Assembly: GCF_006345805.1 (NCBI RefSeq)
Contig: NW_021835968.1
Coordinates: forward strand, 6,234-70,233
DNA length: 64,000 nucleotides
DNA from: Octopus sinensis
Lineage: Eukaryota
Direction of reading: 5' to 3'
Part shown: one piece after another, positions 12,509 through 25,078 of the stretch
Layout of the letters: every line of letters starts with the position of its first letter
How positions within the stretch are numbered: the stretch's first letter is position 1
Notes under the pieces: model-generated
Databases searched by the model: none
What the model was told of the DNA's origin: nothing
What the model saw: the letters and a program-made list of their open reading frames with translations, nothing else
Made by a program: the position numbers and the translations under genes

Positions 12509-13291
12509 ACCGGCCATCACATGTATGTATGTATATATATATATATATAGATCAGTGGTGATTCTGACACTTGGGCTGTTTGGTCTTAGCCCGAGTAGAA
12601 ATTTAGTAAAGCGAACGTGTATTTGCAAGCTGATTTCATTTCTGCCAACACTGACTTCAAGTATGAAATTGAAGCCAATAACTCGGGCTCCTTTTATTGA
12701 GCCTGGTTGCAGTTCATTTACTTTCATTCAGAACCATTCGTAGCAGACACTCTCTCAACATCATTCACCCTCACTTGACTCGGACTCACGAGTTACAACC
12801 TGAGTTGTTATCTAAAAAATTAAAAGTAATTCAAATTCAATGTTTTCTTAAAATAATAAATTTCTATAGAGATTAGGATTTAAATTCCAATCTATGAAAA
12901 GCTTCTGTTCTACAATATTCTTAAAGGAACGAAAAATTACCCAGCAACTCGGGCTAATATGAACAAGCCTGGTAGGGGTAAAAGACAAACTAGTATCTCT
13001 TGTCAAGAGTACAGGTGCACTCTGCTAACATCAATTGATTGGTGTTATTCTGTGCATCTGTGTGCAAAGATCAGTTGTGTTTTGCAGGGTTGCTTTATTT
13101 TAACCCTTAACTTAGAAATGCAGAAAGACATAGTGTTAGATATAAAAAATAAACCATCTAGGACTAGAAATAAAGCAGAAAAACTTTAAATTCTTTGAGC
13201 AGGCAAGTGTCTTATGCAAAATCTGTGATGAGCCCGAGTGATGATGGTGACCTGGAGTCGCCTCATATATATATATATATATATATATACT

Positions 13292-13630
13292 CTTTTCAGT
13301 CAGTTGACTGCGGCCATGCTGGAGCACCACCTTTAGTCAAGGAAATTGACCCCAGGTCTTATTTTTTGTAAGCCTAGTACTTATTCTATCAGTCTCTTTT
13401 GCCGAACCACTAAGTTACGGGGGACATAAACACACCAGCATCGTTTGTCAAGCAATGTTGGGGGGGGGGGGACAAACACAAACACGCACACTTATATACA
13501 TATATTTTGATGGGCTTCTTTTAGTTTCTGTCTACCAAGTAGAAGACACTTGCCCAAGGTGCCACGCAGTGGGACTGAACCTCGAACCATGTGGTTGGTA
13601 AGGAAGCTACTTACCACACAGCCACACTCC
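13292..13630 (-). mobile_element. SINE family A with an internal deletion
   Basis: Family A tail and head are present. The GTGAGTGGATTTGG..GCCTCGGGCCGACC segment is missing at about 13535. Confidence 0.8.
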
Positions 13631-13990
13631 TGCATCTATATATGTATATTAAACATTTGTGAAATTCTGAGTAATGCTGTATTCACCTGTAAAAGGACTA
13701 TGTCAGTGTGTTTGTGTGTATTTCATATTTCCATCTGCATTGAATATTTATTTATTTTAATTTTTATATGTATTATACATGCTGGACATCTGTCACTGAG
13801 GGACCCATAGCAGGTTGAAATCACATATCTAAGAGGAGATTTCAAGTAGTGAAAACGTAGCAAATTTAACAGTGGTGCTACAGCATGGCCACAGCTCTCA
13901 AGCTGAAACTAGTTAAAGAGTTATATAGATAGATAGATGGACGGACAGACGTTCATTCGTCTGTCCATGTACATACTTACATATGTATAT

Positions 13991-15073
13991 AGGTTAGGGT
14001 TGGCAACATGTACACAGAAGAATTCAAAGTAGAGGTGGGGTCCACCAGGTTTCAGTACTCAGCCCCCCTCCTATTTATCATAGTCCTCCAGGCAATTACG
14101 GAGGAATTCAAGACAGGTTGCCCCTGGGAGCTCCTCTACGCTGACGACCTTGCTCTAATTGCTGAGTCACTATCAGAACTGGAGGAGAAGTTCCAGGTGT
14201 GGAAGGAGGGTTTAGAATCGAGGGGCCTTAGAGTCAACCTAGCTAAAACCAAAGTACTAATAAGTAGGAAGGTAGACAATTCACAAATGTCTTCAGGAAG
14301 ATGGCCCTGCTCGATCTGTAGAAAAGGTGTAGGTAGAAACTCTATAAGATGTACCCAGTGTAAGCTATGGACACATAAGAGGTGCAGCAATGTCAAAGGT
14401 AGGCTAACTGGGAAGATAGTCTTTGTATGTGGCAGATGCTCGTTAGCATTAACCTCCGAAAATCTGCAGAAAACAACTTCCGTCACTTTCCAGGGGGAAA
14501 AACTAGAAGTAGGTGATAGCTTCCGTTATCTAGGTGACCAAGTCAGTAGTGGGGGTGGGTGCGCTGAAAGTGTAACTGCTAGAATAAGAATAGCCTGGGC
14601 AAAGTTTAGGGAGCTCTTACCTCTGCTGGTGACTAAAGGCCTCTCGCCCAGAGTAAAAGGCAGACTGTATGATGCATGTGTACGAACAGCCATGCTACAT
14701 GGCAGTGAAACATGGGCCGTGACTGCTGAGGAATGAAGCCAGTATGCTCCGATGGATGTGTAATGTCAGTGTACATACTCGACAGAGCGTTAGTACCTTG
14801 AGAGAAATGTTGTACCTAAGAAGCATCAGTTGTGGTGTGCAAGAGAGACGATTGCGCTGGTATGGTCATGTGGCGAGAATGGATGAAGATAGGTGTGTGA
14901 GAAAGTGCCAATCCCTAGCAGTTGAGGGAACCCGTGGAAGAGGTAGACTCAGGAAAACCTGGGACGAGGTGGTGAAGCACGACCTTCGAACTTTAGGCCT
15001 CACTGAGGAAATGACCAGCGACCGAGACCTTTGGAAATATGCTGTACGTGAGAAGACCAGGCAGGACAAGTGA
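13991..15073 (+). pseudogene. RTE ORF2 fragment (RT motifs 4-7, PHD-type insert, C-terminus)
   Basis: Listed ORFs 14008-14736 and 14744-15073 are one frame broken by a 20-bp deletion near 14732 relative to copy 2. There is a further indel near 14050. Confidence 0.92.
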
Positions 15074-15580
15074 GCCCAGCCCACTTATGAATGCCTTTCC
15101 TCTCTTGGACACAAAGACCTGTTGAGGCAAGCGAAGTCGATGTAGAACCTCATCCGACGACAGGCACCCATGCCAACCCCCTTTGCTTGCGAAGACATGT
15201 TGGGGCAAGCGAAAGCGAAATCGAAATCGAATTGAACCAGCCAGGATCCCTGGTTTGGTGGTACATAAAAAGCACTATCCGACTCATGGCCGATGCCAGC
15301 GCCGCCTTGACTGGCTTCCGTGCCGGTGGCACGTAAAATACACCAATCCGACCATGGCCGTTGCCAGCCTCGCCTGGCACCTGTGCAGGTGGCACGTAAA
15401 AAGCACCCACTACACTCACGGAGTGGTTGATGTTAGGAAGGGCATCCAGCTGTAGAAACATTGCCAGATAAGACTGGAGCCTGGTGCAGCCTTCTGGCTT
15501 CCCAGATCCCCGGTCGAACCGTCCAACCCATGCTAGCATGGAGAACGGACGTTAAACGATGATGATGATGATGATGATAC
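13991..15580 (+). mobile_element. 5'-truncated RTE-clade LINE, copy 1
   Basis: RT motifs (LYADDL, GLRVNLAKTK, FRYLG), RTE C-terminus (RGRLRKTW, DRDLWKYAV), 3' UTR with GGTGGCACGTAAAA repeats and a (GAT)n tail. Possible 20-bp TSD ACATAC(TT/AC)ACATATGTATAT at 13971-13990 and 15581-15600. Confidence 0.95.
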
Positions 15581-16091
15581 ACATACACACATATGTATAT
15601 GTACATGCGGGCACACACATTATATGCTTATACCAATTTATGGAACATAAATTTGATTTATTATTTGTTTCTTCATATCTGTCTCATACCAGAGTGACTC
15701 ATAAACATAGCTCCAGGCCAAGAGGCCAATAGTTTTATTACTTTAATGTATTAGCCATGATTAACATCATCATCATCATCATTGTTTTTTCCATATTCAA
15801 TCCACTCTCCAGTATTAACAAATCGATTGCACTCAAATGAAATTTTTTTTCTTTCTCCCAGTCTCATTTGAACTAATGAACTTATTGTTAGCCACAACTG
15901 GGATGAATAAATCATTTAGAGTGACTGACCACCACCAATAATAATAATAATAATAATAACATTGTCATTTTTATGTTTTTTTTTTGTTTTTTTTTCCCTG
16001 GCCTCTACTCTCTTTGTCTCTTGGAAGAAGGGTTTTAGAAAATTACTATTTTTAAATCTCACAACGTGAGATATTCAGCAATAGTACTTTG

Positions 16092-16398
16092 TAGTAAAGA
16101 TTGTTTGTCAACATAACATGGCAGTCCTGGTTTAGGACTAATGTTGCTGTAATTTAGCCCCAGCAGACACCTCTAGCTGAGCATTTATTCTGTGCTGATG
16201 AAGGGAAATAACCCAGAAATCGCGATACACAGATATTGTTTTGAGCTGAGTTGGGGTGCTAGATTCCCTTGTTTGAAAATATAAGGACACAGATTGTGTT
16301 GTATAGCCAGCTGGAGATGATGTCTCCTGGGGCTAAATTACAGCAACATTAGTCCTAAACCAGGACTGCCATGTTATGTTGACAAACAATCTTTACTA
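16092..16398 (+). mobile_element. Fold-back element with 72-bp perfect inverted arms enclosing a hammerhead module (probably Penelope-like-derived)
   Basis: 16092-16163 is the exact reverse complement of 16327-16398. Pairing extends imperfectly inward (AGACA/TGTCT, CTCTAGCTG/CAGCTGGAG). Confidence 0.85.
16189..16233 (+). ncRNA. Type I hammerhead ribozyme motif (dimer-type)
   Basis: Helix I TCTGTG/CACAGA; core CTGATGA (16195-16201); helix II GGG-AAATAA-CCC (closing pair A.A mismatch); GAAA (16216-19); palindromic helix III ATCGCGAT; predicted cleavage after AUA at 16227. Confidence 0.78.
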
Positions 16399-17284
16399 GA
16401 AGGTATTTAGTTCTCAATGGCAAAATTGTTTAGTCTAGTTGTGAAATATACCCACCAACATCTATCTTCCACATTTCTATTTCCTCTTAAGGTGGTTCAT
16501 GTGAAAGATGTAGGTGGAAAATACCTGCATCACACACTACGTAGAAGCTCTGTTAGATTTAGTCTTTGAGATATGTTCTTAATATACATGTAGCTCACTT
16601 ATTTTTGGTCATTCTGCTTCTTCTCTTGCATTTCATTTCTGTTATGACAACATACAAAGTACAACACTATGTACTATGGCTTAAGCTATGTATATCGTAT
16701 GGCAAAAAATTTTTGGAGTCACCAGTCTTGATAAATACTTCAATAACAAGCAGTTAATATTGTTATTGGCAAGCTGGCAGAACCGTTAACACACTGGGTG
16801 AAATGCTTGGCGGCATTTCATCCATGCTCATGGTTTTAAGTTCAAATTTCATTCTTTCGGGGTCTTTCAATACCTTTCATTCTTTCGAGGTCAAAGTACC
16901 TGTTGAGTAACTGGAGTTGATGCAATCAATTTACCCCCTCCCCGAAATTGCTGGCCTTGTGCCAAAATTTGAAATCAATATTGTGGGTATGTTGGTATTT
17001 TGAAAATACCTCTCAGAGTGATGACTTGTGTCCTGCATTGTTAACTTAATTTCATCCATTGGCATTCAGATTACTCTGTCAAATGTAATTCCTTATTTAT
17101 TCACATTGTTTTCAATTAATTATTCATTATATCATAGCTTTGGGATTTCAATAATGTGACTATTTTTTTTAATGACATTGTTGGGTCAGTGAGAGAGACC
17201 AGATCTGGCCATTTTGAACATAAAACAAATAAAATATTTGGCCCAGAAACAGCCAGTTTTAATGCTAGAAGCTTGATATACACA

Positions 17285-17499
17285 TTTGTATTTATTTTGA
17301 GATGCTCTGTGTTTCTTTCAATTAATTTTAAATATAACAAAGAATTTAGTAAAATAACTTAGTTGTCATTAAGCTTGTGTTAAGACCATAAATTGTGACT
17401 GAGGTTTAGTGGAAGATTTTAATTCAAAACTTATGAAAACAAGACATTTGTACTCAGAGCCAGAGCTAGTTTCAGCTGGGTTAGTAACGAAAAGGTTAA
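17285..17499. mobile_element. TTAA MITE family 2, left end lost or abutting MITE family 1
   Basis: Colinear with 25079-25306; ends GTAACGAAAAGGTTAA. Confidence 0.7.
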
Positions 17500-18179
17500 A
17501 AGTACAAAATATCTTAGTAAAAAGAAACAATATTTATTTCAATGTGTGTGTCTGTTTGTAATATCAACTAGTGATGCGATGTGCTCTCTCTGAAACTCTG
17601 TGACTGTAAATGCCCACATTCCATTCATTGATCCTCTTGACCCAGTTATTAGTACTGAATAGCTGACATATAATCTTTTATTTTTACTAAGAAGCAGGTC
17701 AAAGTCACCAGTTTATTTACTTGTGCTTATGTTCTGCCACTCTTCATCAGATATCATCACAATTGCCACTATCACCATCATCATCACCACCGATGTTATT
17801 GTCATTTTTTTCTTTGCATGCCTGTGTTAAAAAAAGTCTATCACCAAAGGTGTAATATTATTTACAATTTCAATCACCCACTTCAAGTACTTTTGTACCC
17901 ACTTTACTATTAAATGGTGAAGGTGCATGGCTCAGTGTTTGGGGTAATTAGCTCATGATTATGAGGTTGGTCATCAGTTCAGTTCCTTGCAGCAAGACAC
18001 TTTATTTCAATGTTATTTCAGTCCACTCAGCTGGCAAAAATGAGAGCTACCTGTATTTCAAAAGGCCAATCTTGTCACATTCTGTTACACTGAATCTCCC
18101 TGAGAACTATGTTAAGGGTATGCATGTTTGTGGAGCACTCAGCCACTTACACAATAATTTCACGAGCAGGCTGTTCTTA

Positions 18180-18630
18180 TTTCTTTATTACCCACAAGGA
18201 GCTAAACATAGAGGGGACAAACAAAGATTGACAAAGAGATTAAATCGATTACATCGACCATCAGTGCGTAACTGGTACTTATTTTAATCAACCCTGAAAG
18301 GATGAAAGGCAAAGTTGACCTTGGCGGAATCTGAACTCTGAACGTAGCGACGGGCGAATTACTGCTAAGCATTTCATCCAGCATGCTAACGATTCTTATT
18401 GCTTTATTACCCCACAAGGGGCTAAACATAGAGGGGACAAACAAAGACAGACAAAGAGATTAAGTCGATTACATCGACCTCCAGTGCGTAACTGGTACTT
18501 AATTTATCGACTCCGAAAGGATGAAAGACAAAGTCGACCTCGGCAAAATTTGAACTCAGAATGTAATGGCAGACAAAATATCGCTAAGCATTTCGCCCGG
18601 CATGCTAATGTTTCTGCCAGTTTGGCGCCT
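18180..18630 (-). mobile_element. Head-to-tail dimer of a SINE with family-B head and core but a different 3' tail
   Basis: Two units of about 225 bp, each containing CCCACAAGG.GCTAAACATAGAGGGGACAAACAAAGA..GACAAAGAGATTAA followed by the reverse-complemented B core. Confidence 0.8.
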
Positions 18631-18802
18631 TCGTTCTGCTGAATGCATCAACTGGAGCCCTCGTCCATTTTACCAATAGAGTGCCTATTACCATGTCACC
18701 AATGGAGTGCCAGTTATTTACTCTTTAACATAAACTGGGTTTAGAAAGAGCTTTAGTACCTAGGCAGTAAAATTATTAAATTATTTAGTATTGATGTACA
18801 GT

Positions 18803-19120
18803 GAAGGCACATGACTCAGTGGTTAGAGTGTCGGGCACACGGATTCCTGGGCGAGGCTGTGTGTTGTGTTCTTGAGCAAGACACTTTATTTCACGTTGCT
18901 CCAGTTAACTCAGCTATAGAAATGAGTTGCGACATCACAGGTGCCAAGCTGTATTGGTCTTTGCTTTTCCCTTGGATAATATTGGTGGTGTGGAGAGGGG
19001 AGGCTGGTATGGAAGGGCGACTGCTGGTCTTCCATAAACAGCCTTGTCCAGACTTGTGCCTTGGAGGGGAACTTTCTAGATCAATCCCATGGTCATTCAT
19101 GACCGAAGGGGGTCTTTTTA
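18803..19120 (+). mobile_element. tRNA-derived SINE family C, near full-length
   Basis: CATGACTCAGTGGTTAGAG head, TTCTTGAGCAAGACACTTTATTTCAC core, CCCATGGTCATTCATGACC tail. Related copies at 50668-50905, 54515-54835 and 17925-18175. Confidence 0.82.
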
Positions 19121-19149
19121 TTGTTGTACAGAGCTAACAATAACAACAC

Positions 19150-20045
19150 TAATAATTCTTTCTATTATAAGCAGGCCTGAAATTTTGGGGGAGGGGGCTA
19201 GTTGGTTACATCAACCCCAGTATTCAACTGGTACTTTTTTTTATTGACACCAAAAGGATTAAGACAAAGTTGACCTCAGCAGAATTTGAACTCACAATAT
19301 AAAGAGCTGGAAGAAATGTCTTTATGCATTTTATCCAGTAAATGATTCTGCCAGATCACTCTTCTAATAATAATAATAATAATAATCCTTTCTACTGGAA
19401 GCAAAAGCCTCAAATTTGGAGGAAGGGATTAAATTGATTACATCGATCACAGTATGTAACTGGTAGTTATTCAATCGATGCCGAAAGGATGAGAGGCAAA
19501 GTCAACCCTGGCAGAATTTGAACTCAGAACAAGACAGAACGGAATACTTCTAAACATTTCACCTGGTGCACTAACAATTCTGCCAGCTTGCGGAATAATA
19601 ATAATAATAATAATAATAATCCTTTTTACTATAGGCACAAGGCTTGAAATTTGGCAGGTGGGGGTAGTCAATTGCATCAACTCCAGTGCTCAACTGGTAC
19701 TTATTTTATCAACGCCAAAAGGATGAAAAGTAAATTCAAACCTGGCAGAATTTGAACTCAGGATGTTAAAGATGGATGAAATGCTGCTAACCATAAATAA
19801 TAATAATAATAATAATAATAATCCTTTCTTCTGGAGGCACAAGACCTCAGATTTGTGGGGAGGGGAATAGTCGATTACATCGACCCCAGTTTTTCACTGA
19901 CACTTAATTTATTGACCCTGAAAGGATGAAAGCCAAAGTTAACCTTGGTAGAATTTGAACTCAGAATGTAAAGACAGATGAAATACTGCTAAGCATTTTG
20001 CCCGGTGTGCTAACGATTCTGCCAGCTTATCACCTTAATGATAAT
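19150..20045 (-). mobile_element. Array of four SINE family B copies separated by (AAT)n
   Basis: Units at about 19150-19370, 19381-19592, 19615-19790 and 19815-20035, same orientation, mutually diverged. Confidence 0.85.
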
Positions 20046-20054
20046 AATAATAAT

Positions 20055-20390
20055 AACAAAGCAACACCAGCGTCCTCTCAATGATTAGCCAGAGATGTTT
20101 TTTTAAAATCAGAATATCTAAAATGAACTCGACTGCTCTCACAAATGAGAATACTAAAAATGAACCTGACTGCTCTCAAAAATTTAGTTTAAAAAAACAG
20201 AGAAATAATCCGTGTCCGGTACCAGATCAATCCCAAAATCTAATCAGTTCCTCTCAGTCACGAGGCCAAACATCCTTGAAGCTTTCATTGGAATCCATCC
20301 AGTGGTTCTTGAGATATCTTGTCCATAAATTAACAAACAAGCAAACAAGACTGAAAACAATACCTCCAGCTTTGCTAAGGTGGCGGTAAT
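20055..20390 (+). mobile_element. Helentron-associated (HINE/DINE-1-like) non-autonomous element
   Basis: Colinear with 60633-60985. Contains TTTCAT..AATCCATCC...TTGAGATAT, an (AAAC)n tract and a terminal TACCTCC..GGCGGTA stem-loop. The family assignment is by architecture only. Confidence 0.5.
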
Positions 20391-20941
20391 AATAATAATA
20401 ATAATAATAACCAATGTGGTACTACTGATATGTCTAATCTGTTGTTTTCATCTTTTAAAATCAATGTGTTAACAGAGCAATGATAATGGATGCTTCAGTG
20501 TGCATATGTGTGTTGTGTTGTGTACGTATGTATGCATATATATATGAGTTGTATGGATATGTTTAGAGGTATATATACATGTGCATATGATCAAACGTTT
20601 GCATGCATATATAGATTCATGCAATATTTTCTCTTCAAGCTATTGTTTTCACCTTTTAAAATCCAGGTGTTAATGAAGCAGCAACATTGCATGGATACAT
20701 GTCTGTATATTTTGTGTATATATGTATATATATTGTATACATGTATATATGTATATATTTTGTGTGTGCTTGTAAACAAACATACAGTTACAAACATATG
20801 CATGTAATCATACACTTGTGTTCACACACACACACACACACAAATTCATGCAATTTTTCTTTCATTATGACCTATCTATTAAATGCTGAATGCAGCAGGT
20901 TTGACTTTGTACAGAACTCCATTGGTTACATACACATTATA

Positions 20942-20989
<48 letters not shown>

Positions 20990-20992
<3 letters not shown>

Positions 20993-21240
20993 TCATCATC
21001 ATTATCATCGTTTAGCGTCCGCTTTCCATGCTGGCATGGGTTGGACAGTTTGACTGGGGACTGGCGAGCCAGATGGCTGCACCTGGCTCCAATCTGATCT
21101 GGCAAAGTTTCTACAGCTGGATGCCCTTCCTAACGCCAACCACTCTGCTGGTAACGATCATGCTCAAATGGTGCTTTTTATGTGCCACCGACACGAGGGC
21201 CAGTCAGTGGCTCTGGCAACAATCATGCTCAGATGGTGCT
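20990..21240 (-). mobile_element. Family D: RTE 3'-UTR/tail-derived short element
   Basis: Reverse complement of the 3' end of the RTE copies (GGCGTTAGGAAGGGCATCCAGCTGTAGAAAC...GCGGACGCTAAAC(GAT)n). More than 15 similar copies, e.g. 26775-26970, 37355-37520, 45025-45230, 47395-47770, 48890-49040, 52340-52540. Confidence 0.85.
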
Positions 21241-21333
21241 CTTAGTGTTCCAACAGGAGATTTGAAAATTTTTTTGATATTTTTTATTCACCATTACACA
21301 TGTTCCATTTGCTAGTAGGAGTTACAAAATTAC

Positions 21334-21420
21334 GCATGTTGTAGATGTAGTAGAAAACATGTAACATATCTCCTATTAGAAACAGAGATTCAAACAACAC
21401 AGCTTGAATTTTAACCCTAT
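21334..21420 (-). CDS. Candidate 87-nt internal exon (phase 1-1): (D)RVKIQAVLFESLFLIGDMLHVFYYIYNM(R)
   Basis: Acceptor GTGTATTTTGTAG, donor C|GTAATT, open hydrophobic frame in unique sequence. There is no independent support. Confidence 0.25.
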
Positions 21421-21715
21421 CTACAAAATACACACATGCACATACACACACACAGAATGGGGAGAGAGAGAGACAGACGTATGGAACAGGTGTTGTATGC
21501 AAATGTGCACAAATGTTTATTTCCATGTTTGTCCCTTATGTATGCGGTAGTACTGATGCTAACCTCACTTGTTGATGATGTGACTGTTGTTCTGCACTTT
21601 TGGAAACCTGTTGGGTACAGAAATCTCTTACTTGAAAAACAAGCAAAGGTTAGTGACTGGAAGAGCATTCACCCACATATGGCAAGCCTTTGCTCACAAG
21701 AATGCAGACATTCAC

Positions 21716-21746
<31 letters not shown>

Positions 21747-22165
21747 TATTTATTATATATGTTTATATATATATATATACACTTATATGTGTATATATAT
21801 ATAATTATATGTGTATATATATATGTATATATATATATATATGTATGTATCTTTTCTATTTCTATTCCTGAGCGCTATACTAATACATTTGTTTGTTTGT
21901 ACTCCACCTGCCTTCGTCTTTTGTTTATTTTCGTAAACTTTCCCGTTATATATGTATATATATATATATATATATGTGTGTGTATGTATATATATATGTA
22001 TGTGTGTGTATATATATATATATGCAAGCACATACACATGCACGTAAACGTCATTCCTACACACATGCTCATGTACACAAACACACACATGTGCATGTAC
22101 ACATGCTTTACACACTTATATGCAGATTTATGCATGTGCACATGAATATGCGCCCCCCCCCCCCC

Positions 22166-24733
22166 CACACACACACACTCTCTCTCTCTCTCTCAGACAC
22201 ATACATGCATGTATACAAGTAATACATTAATGTATTTATAAAATTCGGGATATTTTCATTTTTTGAAGATCCTTACCCACGATAACCCACTTCATAAGCT
22301 CGACTTCGCCAAATCTGATAAATAAACCCCTAATATTTACCATTCCGTTTCTTCTATCCCTTCAGCACCAAAACATAGGAAAAACAAATATATGGTTCTT
22401 GTAGAATGTGAGACATCATGCTGTTTCTATGAAGAATTCTTTAAAGATTTTGACCCCAGATTTTCTCTCCATAGTTTCTGGTTGCCATTTCTGTGTGTGT
22501 GTGTCTTCTGAATTTCTACTCCCATGGATGTCTGTGTAATGTGGGGATGATGGTGGGGATGGGGCATATTGCTTAGCTATGTGGTGAAGAAGTTTGTTTC
22601 TGAACCACTTGACTTCAGTCTCAGTTCCACTGTATGGCACCTCGGGTGGTGGTGACAGGAGCAATGCTGGTGGCGGCGGTAGTGGTGGCGACAGTGGCAG
22701 TGGTGGTGGAGGCGGAGGTGAGAGCAGATGGAATTGCACCTCCACTCAAGGGGTCGCTATAATAAGGAACAAAACTTCTGACATATCATGTCATTTGTCT
22801 TCAGACCAGACACCCAGTCTACCCGCTTGCTCAGAGTGAACTTGGCAAGAGAAAAGCAATGGATGAAGTCTACAACACATATTGATTACTTCATGTTCTA
22901 CTCTCTCAGTTTAGACTACATTTGAAAGAGTGCATCTGGTCTAGTTGAATTTGCCACCCCGGTTACTAATGTATTCTGTGTGAGTTGAGACAGAAACATG
23001 TTGGGAAAGCTTCCCAGGTTTGTTTCAATAAACAATAAGAAAAAAAGTAAACAAAATGTACCAAAAATAGAAAACTCGTTGGAAGTCTGCAAGTCTGTAA
23101 ATCTGTAAGTGGTTGTGTTAAGATGATGTAGACTTTAGAAATGGTAAAGTATATATTCTTGGTAATTCCTGCTTCTGTAGACAGATGTACATGTTTATAT
23201 ATGTATGTGTGTGTGTTTGTATGAGTATAATGTGGATAAATATATTTTTGTTATGAGCATATGTTAGATTTTATATAATGTTGCAGGCATGGCTGTGTGG
23301 TTAAAAATGTTATTTCCTAACTTTATTGTATTAAGTTCAGTCCCACCGCACAGCCTCTGGTTGACCAAAACTTTATGAGCGGATTTGATAGGGAGAAACT
23401 GTAAAGGAAGCCCATCTCACACGAGCACATGCACACACCACACACACACACACTCTCTCTCTCTCTCTCAGACACATACATGCATGTATACAAGTAATAC
23501 ATTAATGTATTTATAAAATTCGGGATATTTTCATTTTTTGAAGATCCTTACCCACGATAACCCACTTCATAAGCTCGACTTCGCCAAATCTGATAAATAA
23601 ACCCCTAATATTTACCATTCCGTTTCTTCTATCCCTTCAGCACCAAAACATAGGAAAAACAAATATATGGTTCTTGTAGAATGTGAGACATCATGCTGTT
23701 TCTATGAAGAATTCTTTAAAGATTTTGACCCCAGATTTTCTCTCCATAGTTTCTGGTTGCCATTTCTGTGTGTGTGTGTCTTCTGAATTTCTACTCCCAT
23801 GGATGTCTGTGTAATGTGGGGATGATGGTGGGGATGGGGCATATTGCTTAGCTATGTGGTGAAGAAGTTTGTTTCTGAACCACTTGACTTCAGTCTCAGT
23901 TCCACTGTATGGCACCTCGGGTGGTGGTGACAGGAGCAATGCTGGTGGCGGCGGTAGTGGTGGCGACAGTGGCAGTGGTGGTGGAGGCGGAGGTGAGAGC
24001 AGATGGAATTGCACCTCCACTCAAGGGGTCGCTATAATAAGGAACAAAACTTCTGACATATCATGTCATTTGTCTTCAGACCAGACACCCAGTCTACCCG
24101 CTTGCTCAGAGTGAACTTGGCAAGAGAAAAGCAATGGATGAAGTCTACAACACATATTGATTACTTCATGTTCTACTCTCTCAGTTTAGACTACATTTGA
24201 AAGAGTGCATCTGGTCTAGTTGAATTTGCCACCCCGGTTACTAATGTATTCTGTGTGAGTTGAGACAGAAACATGTTTGGGAAAGCTTCCCAGGTTTGTT
24301 TCAATAAACAATAAGAAAAAAAGTAAACAAAATGTACCAAAAATAGAAAACTCGTTGGAAGTCTGCAAGTCTGTAAATCTGTAAGTGGTTGTGTTAAGAT
24401 GATGTAGACTTTAGAAATGGTAAAGTATATATTCTTGGTAATTCCTTGCTTCTGTAGACAGATGTACATGTTTATATATGTATGTGTGTGTGTTTGTATG
24501 AGTATAATGTGGATAAATATATTTTTGTTATGAGCATATGTTAGATTTTATATAATGTTGCAGGCATGGCTGTGTGGTTAAAATGTTTATTTCCTAACTT
24601 TATTGTATTAAGTTCAGTCCCACCGCACAGCCTCTGGTTGACCAAAACTTTATGAGCGGATTTGATAGGGAGAAACTGTAAAGGAAGCCCATCTCACACG
24701 AGCACATGCACACACACACACACACACACACAC
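22166..24733. repeat. Near-identical tandem duplication, unit about 1275-1277 bp
   Basis: 22195 aligns to 23470 and 23424 to 24701. The differences I found are 1-bp homopolymer indels. Boundaries lie in (CA)n tracts. Confidence 0.95.
22277..22314 (-). CDS. Candidate 38-nt micro-exon (duplicated at 23552-23589)
   Basis: Acceptor TTTATTTATCAG and strong donor TGG|GTAAGG; CpG-rich relative to its flanks. Two open frames: IWRSRAYEVGYRG or FGEVELMKWVIV. Confidence 0.3.
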
Positions 24734-25078
24734 AGGCACAGGCATGGCTGTGTGGTAAGAAGTTTGTTTTCCAGTCACATGGTTCTCGGTTCAGTCTCAA
24801 TGTATGGCACCTTGGGCAAGTGTCTTCTATAGCCTCAGGCCAACCAAAATCTTGTGGGTGGATTTCATAGATGGAAACTGAAAGAAGCCCATTGTGTGTG
24901 TATGTCTTTCTGTCTATGTTTGTCCTCCGCTTGGCAACTGGTGCTGGTTACATCCTCGTAACCTAGCAGTTTAGCAAAAGAGAATGACAGAATAAGTGTC
25001 AGGCTGAAAAAGAAAATGGAATTAAGTTCGACAAAAATTGCTTTAGTCATTGGTTGGTAGCTGTGCTCGGACACTACC

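Noticed and set aside
12585-12960. 11-bp inverted pair TTAGCCCGAGT/ACTCGGGCTAA as transposon TIRs
   Set aside because: Too short, no TSD, and the element boundaries could not be defined.
17580-17680. YSVLITG as a Popeye-domain (LSILLKG-like) exon
   Set aside because: The downstream residues do not match the FIDSPE region, so this is likely chance.
22416-22745. Proline-rich 109-aa ORF, duplicated at 23691-24020
   Set aside because: Built from a (GGT/GGC)n tract plus a SINE A head fragment; the duplication explains the second copy.
22912-22981. Plus-strand 70-nt exon-like segment (TCTCTCAG ... GTGAGT)
   Set aside because: Stop codons in all three frames; it could only be non-coding and has no support.
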